Shown piece by piece: positions 35,790-46,142 of a DNA stretch of 64,000 bases. The stretch lies in assembly GCA_963771165.1 (NCBI GenBank), contig CAVYSN010000020.1:357-64356 (forward strand), given 5' to 3'. The stretch comes from an uncultured bacterium. Its GTDB lineage: Bacteria; Acidobacteriota; HRBIN11; JAKEFK01. Both the position numbers and the translations under genes were made by a program. The notes beneath the pieces are model-generated. The model saw only the letters and a program-made list of their open reading frames with translations, made no database searches and was not told where the DNA came from. The first letter of the stretch is position 1; the number at the start of each line of letters is the position of its first letter.

Positions 35790-38700
35790 TCAGTTGGAGG
35801 CGTTCGCTTTACCTTGCCAGAAGAATTTTGGCGGGCCGGCTTGTCGCGGCCATTCCTGTTTCATCGTTTCGCCATCGTAAACTTCGCCGTTCTTGATAAC
35901 CCATTTGATTTTGGATGTGTTGTGGATGTTTTCCAAAGGATTTGCATCGAGCACAACCAGATCCGCGACTTTGCCTGTTTCGATGGACCCCAGGTCTGAT
36001 GCGAAGCCGATTTTGTCAGCGCCTGCGATGGTTGCGGCTCGCAAGGCTTGGATAGGAGTCAACGCAGACATACCTTGCGGTTGTCCTTCTCCTGCCATGG
36101 CCCACAATTCCCACTGTGCATCGATGCCTTGGATCAGCAATGAAGAACCGCCATGAGCGCCAAGCGAAATGTTGCCGCCTGCTGCTGCGACTTTTGCAAC
36201 CCCTCGTGCAACATTTGGAAATTGATATTCGTCCAAAGGAATCAAGGTTCTTCTGCGAGCCAGCACATCAATTCCAAAATGTGGATGGAAACGCAGCACT
36301 TTTGGATCTTCATGCAATTCTCTTGTCTGAAGGAAGAACGGCTCCCCCCAGGGACCGCCGTAAGAAACGAGAAGCGTGGGAGTGTAATAGGTTCCTGATT
36401 TTGCCAGCAATTGCGCAACATCGTTATAGATGGGCACTGGGAGCGAATGTTCAAATGCTGTGTAACCATCCATCGCCATAGTCAGGTCCGTTTCCAGTTC
36501 ACCGCCCCCTTCAGCAGTCAGGAGCATGTGCAATTCGCGACAGGCTTCTGCAAACCAGATTCGCTGATCGCGCCGGGCCTGCTGGTATACTTTGATCATT
36601 CTGGCCCCATACGCTTTCATTCTTCTCACCTGGTTGCGCGCATCGTCGAGACTTGTGACTTCAGCAAAGATATCTGTGTTCTGGCCGCCATACAAAACAT
36701 CTCCCGAAGAAAAGCTGCGGGGTCCGATCATCAAACCTGCTTCGATCATTTCAGCCTGAGCGAAAACGTCCAGCGAAGGCGCGGAGGGATCGTACGTTGT
36801 AGTTACTCCGTAAGCAAGCTTTGCGACGTATTCCCACTTGTTTTCCGGGAAGATTTCAAATGCGGAATAGTTCAGATGTGCATGTGTATCGATCAGTCCC
36901 GGAATGATTGTTTTGCCTGAAGCATCCATGATCTTGGCGCCATCCGGGATGACGGCTTTTCCGGACGGTCCGATGGCTGTAATTCGATTCCCTTGAATAA
37001 CAATGTCGACGTTCTCCAGGACTTCATCACCTTTCATTGTAATGACTCGGGCTCCTTTCAGAACAACAGCGCCGGGCGGAACAGGACGCGGCATTTTCAA
37101 ATCAACTGTAATCATTTCGGATTTCGGAACTTTGCTTTTTTTCTCTTCTTCCTTCTCTCCTTCCTTCTGGTCCTCCGGTTTTTGCTTCAGGGCTTCCGCA
37201 AATTGGAACGCGGCATCCAGCGAGAGCATGTGAAAGTTATTTCCCAGGCCCCAGGTGATCGTTTTGCCTCGGTCTGCCCATCCGACGTAGCCGCCGGCAG
37301 CTTCTGATAGTCGCCACACCGGGACAGAGCCTTCTTTTAGTCCGATTTCCGGTGGTTCCTTCATTTTGATATTCGGAATCGCAGCGATATAGACGTTATC
37401 GTGAGAGGTGAAAGCAACCCACTTTTCATCCGGAGAAGGCACGATATCGCTTAACGTAGGAAAACGCAGATGAACTTGTCGATCGGTGGCATCCAACCGG
37501 ATCGAGACAAGGTCATTTTTGGGTTCATCGGTTGGTTTCTGCCGTTCCACCGGATCGCGGTAAAAGATGCGAGATCCATCCTGATTCCAGAATGCTTGTG
37601 GATGAAACCGCAAGGAGTCGCCGAGCTCGACAGTCGTGACAAACTGCGTATCCCCGCCTTCAGCGGATAGCCATCGAATGTCAAAAAAGGATTCCTGCTC
37701 CGGTTGCCGTCCCCGAAATTCAAGTCCAGAACCCTGAATGACCAGCAGTCGATCCCCTTTAGGGGACCATGAGGGGTTCACGTAGTGTCCTGCCTGCCGT
37801 GTTAACTTTTGCGGTTTATCGGCGCCGGACTCCACAGGCGCTTTCCAAACATGACCTCCTTCCTGATCGGACCATGTCACGTAGGCAACCCATTTCCCGT
37901 CCGCTGAAAAGGCAGGGGCGTATTCACGGACTGGTAAGGACGGATCCTCGGGCGTCAGTCGCCGCGGAGAACCAACCGCTTTGCCTCCTGCAACCTCCTG
38001 GAGCCAGATTCGACCAAACGCATCAAACACAATTCGGCGATTGTCTGGAGACTCACTGGGCCAGCGCAAAATTCTGGCCTTTACAGGACCTGTTTCGAGT
38101 TTATCCTGCCAGGCTACGCGCGGTGCAATAGACTGTTCGACCTTTACAGTGAACGGAATGCCATTTGTTTTCTTTGTTGCCAGATCAAGTCTTTCGATTT
38201 TCCCATGGTTGTAGTAAATCAGAGATTTTCCATCCGGAGTAAAGGCATAATTGGGCCACACATCGGATGAGGTAAATCCCTCTTGTTCGTCGCGCGTAAC
38301 ATCGCCGACAAGAATTTCTTCGGCCCCAGAATTAAGATTTCGCGCGACGAGCACGGTCTTGCTGTCGCGTCTACTGACAAACGTAAGAGTTTTCCCATCT
38401 GGCGAAATAGCAGGTCTCGCGGCACCGCCAAAGCCTTGGGTCAACGGCAGCACGTCTCCTGTCACACGATCGTACCTGAAGATATGCCACAGACCGCTGC
38501 TCATGTCGGGGGTGTAACTGAATCTTCCTGTGCGACGCGCAAAGTAGACATATCGTCCATCTCGTGAAACGACTGGTCCCGACGGATTGTTGATTTCATC
38601 CGAATTGGTTAACTTGATTCCGCTGCCGCCACGTATGTGAAACATCCAGAGTTCCGTTGGGAGGTTTGCGCCCGCTTTTCGCGTATCAACTTTTCTGCCG

Positions 38701-39165
38701 ATCAAGTATTGTCCATCAGGAGTCCATGCAGCATTTTTGTGCTGATAATCTTTTTGATCTGTAATCGCCCGCGGATTTTTTCCATCCGCATTCATGATCC
38801 AGAAATTTTCCATTCCACTGCGATCGCTTGAAAATGCAATTTTACTTCCGTCCGGAGAATAGCGCGGATGGCTGTCATAGGCAGGGCCGCTGCTTAGAAC
38901 CGTGGCGGTTCCGCCGTTCCCAGGCAGGCTGTAGATGTCGCCGAGCAGATCGAAGATGAGCGTTTTCCCATCGGGAGAAACATCCACAGACATCCACGTT
39001 CCTTCATTCGTATCAAACGTGATTTTTCTGGCGTCCGACCTCGGTTTGTTGATTTCCGCGGCAACATCCTTCTTTCTTTTCTTCCGCAGGCTTCTTCTTC
39101 TCGACTGCGTCTCCAACGGTTACCGATATGCAAAGACAGAACAATAACAGGCCTAATTTTTTCAT
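35790..39165 (-). CDS. Secreted TolB-like (PD40 beta-propeller repeats) protein fused to a C-terminal amidohydrolase domain; apparent frameshift after the signal peptide
   Basis: Many PD40-type repeats (SPDGKTLIF, YSPDGSKIAFSS, ISPDGKTLTFVS, FSADGKWVAYV). C-terminal GLIDTHAHL metal-binding motif. A clean signal peptide MKKLGLLLFCLCISVTVGDAV starts at 39165 in the +1 frame. It joins the main frame (track start 39116) only if one indel is assumed in the A-rich run at about 39066-39090. Confidence 0.75.
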
Positions 39166-39306
39166 TGATTTCCCTCTCTGGTATCGCCGCCTGCCCGGCG
39201 GCAGATTAAGGAGAGCCGGCGAGCAGCAAAGTCGCCAATGTAACAACAGACGGGATGAATGTCAAAAAGGTTGTTTTCAGAAGGCCAAAGGAGAGGACCA
39301 ACTGGC

Positions 39307-40053
39307 TTAAGATATTGTTGAGTTCAGTTCCGGCTTTTGCTCGTCTGGCGAAGGGATATAAAAGAGGATCCGGCTGCAGTTCTCGCAGGTAATCATGGTG
39401 TCATTGCGACGGATTTCCTGGAAAAGCTGTGGGCGAATTCGCATCTGGCATTCCATGCAGATTGCATCCCGTGCTTCGGCCAGAGCGATCCCTTTTCTAT
39501 GACTGGCAAGTTGTTCGTATTCCTCGAAAATGGGCGGAGGAATTTGAGAGACCCAGTGCTGACGTTTGCTTTTAAGCTCGTCCATTTCTTTTCCAAGCTT
39601 GTCCGCTTCCCTCTCGATCACCCCTTTTTCTTCCAGTAATACTTTTTCTTCACGTGCTTTTACTTTCTGCGCATCTTCGATCTGAACTTTGAGAGATTCC
39701 GCTTCTTCCATTTGTGCAAGAATCTTATCTTCCATTTCACGGATGGCCTGGCTGACTAAATCGATTTCGTGCTGGAGTCCGGTGTACTCTTTATTTGTTT
39801 TGACTCCGTCCAGCTGCTCTTTATATCTTTTGCGCTTGGTTTCGATCAGCGCCAGATCTCCTTCCAACTCGCGTCGCTTTTTTTGATTTTCCGCAATGAG
39901 GTTCTGTTTTTCCTGCAAATGACGCAAAGCGCGCTCGAGTTTGCGATCCACTTCTTTCATTTGAACCGGCATTTGGGAAAGTCGACCGTTCAATGCGGCA
40001 ATCTCTCGATCCAGAAAATGCAGCTGTATCAGCGGTTGTAAATTCAATCCCAT
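39307..40053 (-). CDS. Coiled-coil protein with C-terminal C4 zinc ribbon (COG1579-like)
   Basis: Long heptad-rich region, then CMECQMRIRPQ...ITCENCSRILF (two CxxC pairs). Confidence 0.7.
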   Translation of the reverse strand: MGLNLQPLIQLHFLDREIAALNGRLSQMPVQMKEVDRKLERALRHLQEKQNLIAENQKKRRELEGDLALIETKRKRYKEQLDGVKTNKEYTGLQHEIDLVSQAIREMEDKILAQMEEAESLKVQIEDAQKVKAREEKVLLEEKGVIEREADKLGKEMDELKSKRQHWVSQIPPPIFEEYEQLASHRKGIALAEARDAICMECQMRIRPQLFQEIRRNDTMITCENCSRILFYIPSPDEQKPELNSTIS

Positions 40054-40087
40054 ACTTTGAACATTTGAACCTTGAACTACTTTAAGG

Positions 40088-40161
40088 TGGGCCCACCTGG
40101 ACTCGAACCAGGGACCAACCGGTTATGAGCCGGTAGCTCTGACCAACTGAGCTATGGGCCC
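40088..40161 (-). tRNA. tRNA with CAU anticodon (elongator Met, or Ile2 if lysidine-modified)
   Basis: The minus strand folds by hand as GGGCCCA TA GCTC AGTTGGTC AGAGC T ACCGG CTCATAA CCGGT TGGTC CCTGG TTCGAGT CCAGG TGGGCCC A. It is 74 nt with no encoded CCA. The anticodon stem lacks the three G-C pairs of an initiator. Confidence 0.85.
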
Positions 40162-40167
40162 CAGTGC

Positions 40168-40238
40168 GTCTGCGGGTCTGGCGTCTTCGCGTCCTCGCGT
40201 CTGACCCGCAGACACGTAGACGCGAGACGCATGGACGC
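40168..40238. repeat. Interleaved double inverted repeat (GCGTC-unit variant) between rpoD and tRNA-Met
   Basis: A gtctgcgggtc (40168-78) pairs with A' gacccgcagac (40203-13). B gcgtcttcgcgtcctcgcgtc (40181-40201) pairs with B' gacgcgagacgcatggacgc (40219-38). The order is A-B-A'-B'. Confidence 0.7.
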
Positions 40239-40239
40239 A

Positions 40240-41928
40240 TTATATTCTGCCGTTCAAAAAATTCTTAATGACTTTGCTTCGGGAAGGATGCCGTAATTTA
40301 CGTAATGCCTTTGCTTCTATCTGGCGAATGCGCTCACGCGTTACTGAAAAAATCTGACCAACTTCTTCCAGCGTACGTTCGCTGCCGTCGCCGATTCCGA
40401 AGCGCAGCTTGATCACCATTTCCTCGCGCGGAGTCAACGTCTTCAGGATGTCTTCTATTTCCTTTTTCAAGCTGACGTTGATCACTGCATCCGAAGGAGA
40501 AATTGCCTTCTGATCTTCTATAAAATCTCCCAGATGGCTGTCTTCTTCTTCTCCAATCGGAGTTTCCAATGAAATGGGTTCCTGCGCAATTTTGAGAATC
40601 TTGCGGACCTTCGAAACAGGCATTCCCATCCGTTCTGCGATTTCTTCCGAGGTGGGCTCTCTTCCTTTTGCCTGAACAAGTGCCCGGGATGTCCGCACCA
40701 ATTTATTAATTGTTTCGATCATATGCACCGGAATTCGGATCGTTCGTGCCTGATCGGCGATCGCTCTTGTAATGGATTGCCGGATCCACCAGGTTGCATA
40801 GGTAGAAAACTTGTAACCGCGTTTGTATTCGAACTTCTCAACTGCTTTCATCAAGCCGTTGTTCCCTTCCTGAATCAAATCCAGGAACTGCAATCCGCGA
40901 TTTGTATATTTCTTTGCAATCGAAACAACCAATCGTAAATTCGCTTCAATCAGCTCTTTCTTCGCCTGATCTACTTGCGATTCTTCTTCTTCAATCACCC
41001 GGAAGTTGTCTTTCATCTCTCTTACATCCGAGTGATATTCGAATTCCATCTTCCGGACTCTGTCATGAAGCTCGCGAACCTGGTGCCGGATCTCTTTCTT
41101 TCGATCTTCGCTCTTTCTTCCTTGTTCGAGACTTGCGCGAAGATGCTTGGTCTCCATTTCCCATTCATCCAGTTTCGTGAGCATCTCTTTGATCTTGCGG
41201 ATGATTCGGCCTCTCTGGCCATCGTTTAACTGAAGATGCTGGATGTATTTGGAAACTTTTCCACGATTCTGATCGACTTTCTCTTTATAGCGATGGATTG
41301 CCGCTTTGCTGACGATCTTTTTCAGCTTTTCTTTCAGCTTGATGTACTCATCGTCCAGACGTGCAATTCTTTCCATGATGTGTTGGATCTGACGATACTT
41401 TGTATCAATATTTTTTTCGTTGTATTCGTCTTCCACCAAATGGAAAAAATTGGGGATGAGATTCTTGTTCTTTTTGATGCGCTGGCCGAGAGCCAGCACT
41501 TCTTTGATTGCGATGGGGGCTTGGGAGATTGCGCGAATGAGATTTTCTTTATGGAGTTCAATGCGTTTCGCAATTTGGATCTCACCTTCGCGCGTTAGCA
41601 GGGGAACAACGCCCATTTCGCGAAGATACATTCGAACCGGATCGTATGTCTTGGCATAATTTTCCGGTTCCTGCGCCTCCGCTTCCTGCTCTTCAAAATC
41701 TTTTTGAAAGCCGGGACCAGGAGCATCCGATTGATATTTTTGTTCTTCGGCATCTACAACTTCAATTCCAGCGGAATCGAACATCGTAAAAAGTTCGTCG
41801 ATATCATCAGAAGAGTTGATGATCTCTGACGGCAGCACGTCGTTGACTTCATCGTAGAGCAGATAGCCTTTTTGCTTGCCGTCAAAGACAAGCTGTTTAA
41901 TTTCGTCGTATTTATCGTCGATGGACAA
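40240..41928 (-). CDS. rpoD: RNA polymerase primary sigma factor (sigma-70)
   Basis: Region 2 ([16 protein letters not shown]), region 3 and region 4.2 ([30 protein letters not shown]). TTG start with AGGAGG upstream. Confidence 0.95.
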   Translation of the reverse strand: MSIDDKYDEIKQLVFDGKQKGYLLYDEVNDVLPSEIINSSDDIDELFTMFDSAGIEVVDAEEQKYQSDAPGPGFQKDFEEQEAEAQEPENYAKTYDPVRMYLREMGVVPLLTREGEIQIAKRIELHKENLIRAISQAPIAIKEVLALGQRIKKNKNLIPNFFHLVEDEYNEKNIDTKYRQIQHIMERIARLDDEYIKLKEKLKKIVSKAAIHRYKEKVDQNRGKVSKYIQHLQLNDGQRGRIIRKIKEMLTKLDEWEMETKHLRASLEQGRKSEDRKKEIRHQVRELHDRVRKMEFEYHSDVREMKDNFRVIEEEESQVDQAKKELIEANLRLVVSIAKKYTNRGLQFLDLIQEGNNGLMKAVEKFEYKRGYKFSTYATWWIRQSITRAIADQARTIRIPVHMIETINKLVRTSRALVQAKGREPTSEEIAERMGMPVSKVRKILKIAQEPISLETPIGEEEDSHLGDFIEDQKAISPSDAVINVSLKKEIEDILKTLTPREEMVIKLRFGIGDGSERTLEEVGQIFSVTRERIRQIEAKALRKLRHPSRSKVIKNFLNGRI

Positions 41929-42094
41929 ACGAATTACCTCCTAACAAGGAATTGATCATACGTTGCCCGTCCTTTGAAGGTGAACTCGGATAAATTTTGA
42001 CCCCTGGTTGAAGAAAATATTTTTCTTGCAAGTTGTTGTTTTTGTGGGATTTAGTCCTAAGAGTCCGGGACCCACACCAGAACGGCATGATCAT

Positions 42095-42122
42095 AGTATA
42101 GGAATCCGCCTTAGAAATGCAA
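42095..42122 (-). promoter_or_regulatory. Candidate sigma-70 promoter for rpoD in the dnaG-rpoD spacer
   Basis: The minus strand reads TTGCAT (42122-42117), a 16 nt spacer, then TATACT (42100-42095). This is about 165 nt upstream of the rpoD start. Sequence match only. Confidence 0.35.
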
Positions 42123-42166
42123 GATATAAGTGCAATAGCAAAAGGTAGTTGCCAGCCACGGAGCGG

Positions 42167-43888
42167 CTAAATATTACGCATGCCCTTCTGACGTTTGGAT
42201 TCCCTGGCCAACTCCAGACGTCTGGTGAGAGCCTCTTCGTCGTCGAGACTCAGGTCTTGAGACTGCCTTTGCCGTCGATGCGGTCGAATGAACGAATGAA
42301 GCCAATCCAGGGCATTTTCTTTGCTGGGTTGTGGGGCATTTTCTTCCATGATTATGGCGGTTAGAAATTTCTGCATTTCTGCCGGGAACTGGTGGATGAC
42401 TTCATCTGTTTTCAGCTCTTCGCCGGAGCAGACAATTTCTTTCAGCTTCCGAAAGAGATCCGCCTGAGGCAATTCCTGTATATCTTCATCCTCAAATTCA
42501 AGAAGAACCTCTTTTGCAACCATCGGATCCATGCAGAAGATTTGCAGAAGACTTTTTTCGATGTCGACAGGAGTTTTGGAGGGGGCCGGCGCTTTCAGGT
42601 GTGATATTTTTCGAATCTTACGGAATTGCTCATGTATGAGATTCGGAGACACGCCGATGGTGACGGCAAAGTTTTTTGCAATTTCGAGCCTTTCGAATGG
42701 ATTTGCGATCGCGTCCACAAACGTCATGAGCTCTTCCGTAGCAGCGAGTTTTCCTGTGGAGCTTTTCAGGTCAAACTTTTGTTCGAGATTTCGAAGCAAC
42801 ATCTGGTCATAACGGATCGACCGGTCTATCTCCAGTTGAAACTCATCCGCACCGCGCTGGCGAATGTAAGTATCGGGATCAAGACCTTCCGGCAGGATGG
42901 CGATGCTGACCGAAAAGTTTTCGCGTAACAGAATCGGTAAAGCACGCATAACGGCAGCCTTGCCTGCTGTGTCCGGATCGTAAAAAAGAACAATTCGATC
43001 GGTGTATCGCCGCAACAACCTCGCTTGATTTTCGGTTAAGCTTGTTCCACAGGAAGCAGCGACATTTTGATGACCGGCTTGGAAAGGTGCGATCATGTCG
43101 AAATATCCTTCCACCAGAATGACAAATTCTTTCTGCTGGATGTGCTCCTTGCTGAAATAGAGTCCGTAGAGTTGATTTGATTTGGAGTAAACCGGCGATT
43201 CAGGGCTGTTCAGATATTTTGCCTCTTCACCGGTTCCCTGAAAAATCCTGCCGCCAAGCGCTACGATGTTGCCGTGAATGTCATGGATCGGAATCATGAT
43301 CCTGCTCCGGTAACGGTCGTAATGTCCCTCTTGCTGGCGTGCCACTACTAGGCCGCACTTCTCCAGCAACGCCGCACTCACACTTCGTTTCTGAAAATGT
43401 TCGAGCAGAGAGTTCCATCCGGCGGGCGCCCAGCCCAGCTGAAAACGTTTGACTGTTTCGCGGGTCATCCCTCTTTGCTCCAGATATTCCATGGCTGCTG
43501 ATCCGGATTCGTGATTCGTCAAAAGATTGTGATAGAAGTCTGTTGCCTGGCGCATCAAATCCAGAAGATCATCTTTTTCCTTACGCTCTCCGCTCGTTGC
43601 GAACTTCAATGGAATGCCGTACCGGGAACTGAGCAACTGGATGCATTCTTTAAAATCAAGCTTTTCCATTTGCATCACAAACGTGATCACATCGCCTCCG
43701 CTTCCGCATCCAAAACAATGAAACATTCCATTCGATGCAGCATAAAATGAGGGTGTCTTTTCGGAATGAAACGGACAAAGCGCCTTAAATCGGGTTCCCG
43801 ATTTTTTCAGGGAAAGATAATGAGCGAAAATTGTAAGCGGATCGACAACTCCTTTCAGTTGCGTCAGGAAATTTTCAGAAGTTGCCAT
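42167..43888 (-). CDS. dnaG: DNA primase
   Basis: Zinc finger CPFHSEKTPSF...CFGCGSGGD and a TOPRIM region (ILVEGYFD, VLFYDPDTAG). Upstream of rpoD, as in the classical operon. Confidence 0.95.
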   Translation of the reverse strand: MATSENFLTQLKGVVDPLTIFAHYLSLKKSGTRFKALCPFHSEKTPSFYAASNGMFHCFGCGSGGDVITFVMQMEKLDFKECIQLLSSRYGIPLKFATSGERKEKDDLLDLMRQATDFYHNLLTNHESGSAAMEYLEQRGMTRETVKRFQLGWAPAGWNSLLEHFQKRSVSAALLEKCGLVVARQQEGHYDRYRSRIMIPIHDIHGNIVALGGRIFQGTGEEAKYLNSPESPVYSKSNQLYGLYFSKEHIQQKEFVILVEGYFDMIAPFQAGHQNVAASCGTSLTENQARLLRRYTDRIVLFYDPDTAGKAAVMRALPILLRENFSVSIAILPEGLDPDTYIRQRGADEFQLEIDRSIRYDQMLLRNLEQKFDLKSSTGKLAATEELMTFVDAIANPFERLEIAKNFAVTIGVSPNLIHEQFRKIRKISHLKAPAPSKTPVDIEKSLLQIFCMDPMVAKEVLLEFEDEDIQELPQADLFRKLKEIVCSGEELKTDEVIHQFPAEMQKFLTAIIMEENAPQPSKENALDWLHSFIRPHRRQRQSQDLSLDDEEALTRRLELARESKRQKGMRNI

Positions 43889-43899
43889 GTGATGAGATT

Positions 43900-43993
43900 A
43901 TAACCGCCAAGACGCCAAAAGCGCCAAGTAAGGCAGGAATTATTAATTCAGTCGTTTGGCGATCTTGGCTACCTTTGGCGTCTTGGCGGTTGA
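43900..43993. repeat. Hairpin element, GCCAAG family
   Basis: Arms are ataaccgccaagacgccaaaagcgccaag (43900-43928) and tttggcgatcttggctacctttggcgtcttggcggttga (43955-43993). Confidence 0.85.
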
Positions 43994-44002
43994 GCTCTAG
44001 AT

Positions 44003-45988
44003 CTATTCGGTGAGTTTGAATTTCACCGTTTTGGTTTCGGTCAGCGTGGAAGTGCCGCCCAGTCGGGAACGGAGAGTGACCGTGTATTCGCCTCGAGCGG
44101 AAAAGTCATATGTGCCGAGTTCGGCGACCCAGGCTCCTTTCTTGCCGAGGTGCAGACCGTTTGATACTTCATCAATGAAAGGGAAGGCATCCACGTTCAT
44201 GTTCGGCGGGCCGGTGATTTGGAGATCGGAAATGAGGTTGTAACCGGGAGTAAGGCCGGTCCCTGAATAACTTGCCAAAACAATGATGTAGTCCCCACGT
44301 TTGAACGTGGATTTCAGAGTCAGTTTGAAATTCGAGAAATTTAAGCGGGCCGTTTTCAACGATCGGGTCTGGATCGTTCCTTTCTGACCGGGATCCTCAC
44401 CGTCAATCCCATGTTTCGCGAAGGCGCTTTGAATCGCTGTTCCGTTCGCGCCGCCATTCTTGCGTAGATCGGCAGTCAGCATGGAGTTCCGCAAATCGAA
44501 GAAATTCATATCGTTCGGAAGGATTGCAAGGCTGTGGTACAGAATGTTTTGAGCGGTGTCGATTCCAATTTGCTTTTGCAAATCCCACCAGGCTCCTCCG
44601 ACAATCAGACCTGTGTGATGTGATTCTGATTTGCCCAGACCCTTCAGGATTACATCCTGCGGGTACCTGTTATTATTTTCCAGATTCCGTCCCTGGAATC
44701 TTCCAGTGCTTTTCAATCGCAATCCGAATTCAGCAAGTTTTGAATTTCCCGTGATGGCGGAAGCTGAAATGTCGCTAAAACCTTCGTGAAACGCAAAAGC
44801 ATAATTAGACTCGAATGTTTCCAGAAAGCCTGGTTTTGCGAAGTCCAGCACCGCATGCCCGTACTCATGGTAATAAACGTCGGCATCGTGTCCAAGATTT
44901 TCCAAACGGTCTCCGGCCCCCATGACGATTGCTCCATTCTTAAAGGGTGTGGATCTGCCGCCGCGTGTGTAAAAGGCGTTATCAAAGCCTTTGCCTATGC
45001 CTGTAACAATGTTTACAAATACGGGGATCTGGCGGTTGAGTTTTTGGAATCCGAAAGAGCGCCACCGATCATGAACGACGTTGATATGGAAATAGCCCAT
45101 TGCTTCTGCGAACCTGGCATCCGAAGTTGGATAGCTGTAATCCTCATCCGATTCCGCCGCGGTCGTATACCCGTTGAGATCTCCATTTCTTGGAAATGGC
45201 AGTTGAAAATTTGCGTTATAGATTTTTGTGTATTTGCCGTTCAGTCTATTGGAATCTTTCAAGTGAAGAAACCGTTCATTGGAAACATCTGGAGTGACGA
45301 CAGGGTTCTCTGGAAATACTGTCCCTGTAGCCTGCACTTCGAAAAATTCGCGCTGGACTCGCAGGACTTTGTCGGGCAAGAGCGCATCAACGTAGATCGC
45401 CCACTGGCCCGGAAATCTGTTCGAAATGGCTTCGAACTTCCAAACAATTCTTGTTTGAGTGAACCCCGGCAGAATCATCAATGTTCCGTTCGAAACAACT
45501 CCATCTGCGAACCGGATTCGCGACGCGGTTACGCGTGCTTCATCACGTCGGTCGATGGTTATGGCATCCAGGCGCTTCATCGAATGATACTGACCTCCTG
45601 CTGCCAGAACGTGACCTTCCACGTCTGTATGTAAAGCGAGTTCTCCGCCTACTACGGGAAGTCCGAAAAAATATTGGCGAAATATGTAGCTGGTACCTGA
45701 ATCCTTTTCGATACTTTCAAGCCGCAGATGAGACTGATCTTGAATGCCGAACAGTTCCGCATAATCTGCAAAAAAAAGTTTTGCATCGATTTCATTGGAG
45801 ACACGCCGGCCGCCGCCAAAACCGTACATAGAACGGACTCTCCCATCATCAAATAGATGAAAAATCCAACCGGTTCCCTCTTGCGCTCGAAATTCTTCGA
45901 TCGCGCTTTGGCTGTTGTGTGCCCCCCCTTGCAGGGAAGTCATCAGGATAAACAGAATCAGTACAAAGATGAATCGAAAATGCTTCAC
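44003..45988 (-). CDS. Secreted zinc metalloprotease, thermolysin/fungalysin-like gluzincin (M4/M36-like)
   Basis: Signal peptide. HEYGHAV followed about 20 residues later by HEGFSD (HExxH plus ExxSD third ligand). The C-terminal ~100 aa look like a beta-sandwich domain. Confidence 0.7.
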   Translation of the reverse strand: MKHFRFIFVLILFILMTSLQGGAHNSQSAIEEFRAQEGTGWIFHLFDDGRVRSMYGFGGGRRVSNEIDAKLFFADYAELFGIQDQSHLRLESIEKDSGTSYIFRQYFFGLPVVGGELALHTDVEGHVLAAGGQYHSMKRLDAITIDRRDEARVTASRIRFADGVVSNGTLMILPGFTQTRIVWKFEAISNRFPGQWAIYVDALLPDKVLRVQREFFEVQATGTVFPENPVVTPDVSNERFLHLKDSNRLNGKYTKIYNANFQLPFPRNGDLNGYTTAAESDEDYSYPTSDARFAEAMGYFHINVVHDRWRSFGFQKLNRQIPVFVNIVTGIGKGFDNAFYTRGGRSTPFKNGAIVMGAGDRLENLGHDADVYYHEYGHAVLDFAKPGFLETFESNYAFAFHEGFSDISASAITGNSKLAEFGLRLKSTGRFQGRNLENNNRYPQDVILKGLGKSESHHTGLIVGGAWWDLQKQIGIDTAQNILYHSLAILPNDMNFFDLRNSMLTADLRKNGGANGTAIQSAFAKHGIDGEDPGQKGTIQTRSLKTARLNFSNFKLTLKSTFKRGDYIIVLASYSGTGLTPGYNLISDLQITGPPNMNVDAFPFIDEVSNGLHLGKKGAWVAELGTYDFSARGEYTVTLRSRLGGTSTLTETKTVKFKLTE

Positions 45989-46047
45989 ATCAAAACTCCT
46001 TGACTCATAAGAGCGTGAATGAAGGCAGAATCCTTTGCGGAAAGATC

Positions 46048-46140
46048 TAATCGCCAGGCGCCAAATCGCGAAGTACGCCAGGATTTTCTTCTAATTTATT
46101 CTTTTGACGTCCTTGGCTGACTTGGCGTCTTGGCGGTTAG
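46048..46140. repeat. Hairpin element, GCCAAG family (more degenerate left arm)
   Basis: Arms are taatcgccaggcgccaaatcgcgaagtacgccagg (46048-46082) and ttgacgtccttggctgacttggcgtcttggcggttag (46104-46140). Confidence 0.8.
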
Positions 46141-46142
46141 AG

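Noticed and set aside
40054-40240. tRNA-Met as an integration site of a genomic island
   Set aside because: There is no integrase, no direct repeat of the tRNA 3' end, and no compositional break nearby. The flanking genes are core (rpoD, dnaG and a zinc-ribbon protein).
44786-45634. 282 aa ORF antisense to the metalloprotease gene
   Set aside because: It lies entirely inside a 661 aa gene with a signal peptide and HExxH motif. Its composition is typical of antisense read-through (Cys/Arg/Ile-rich), and it has no start context.
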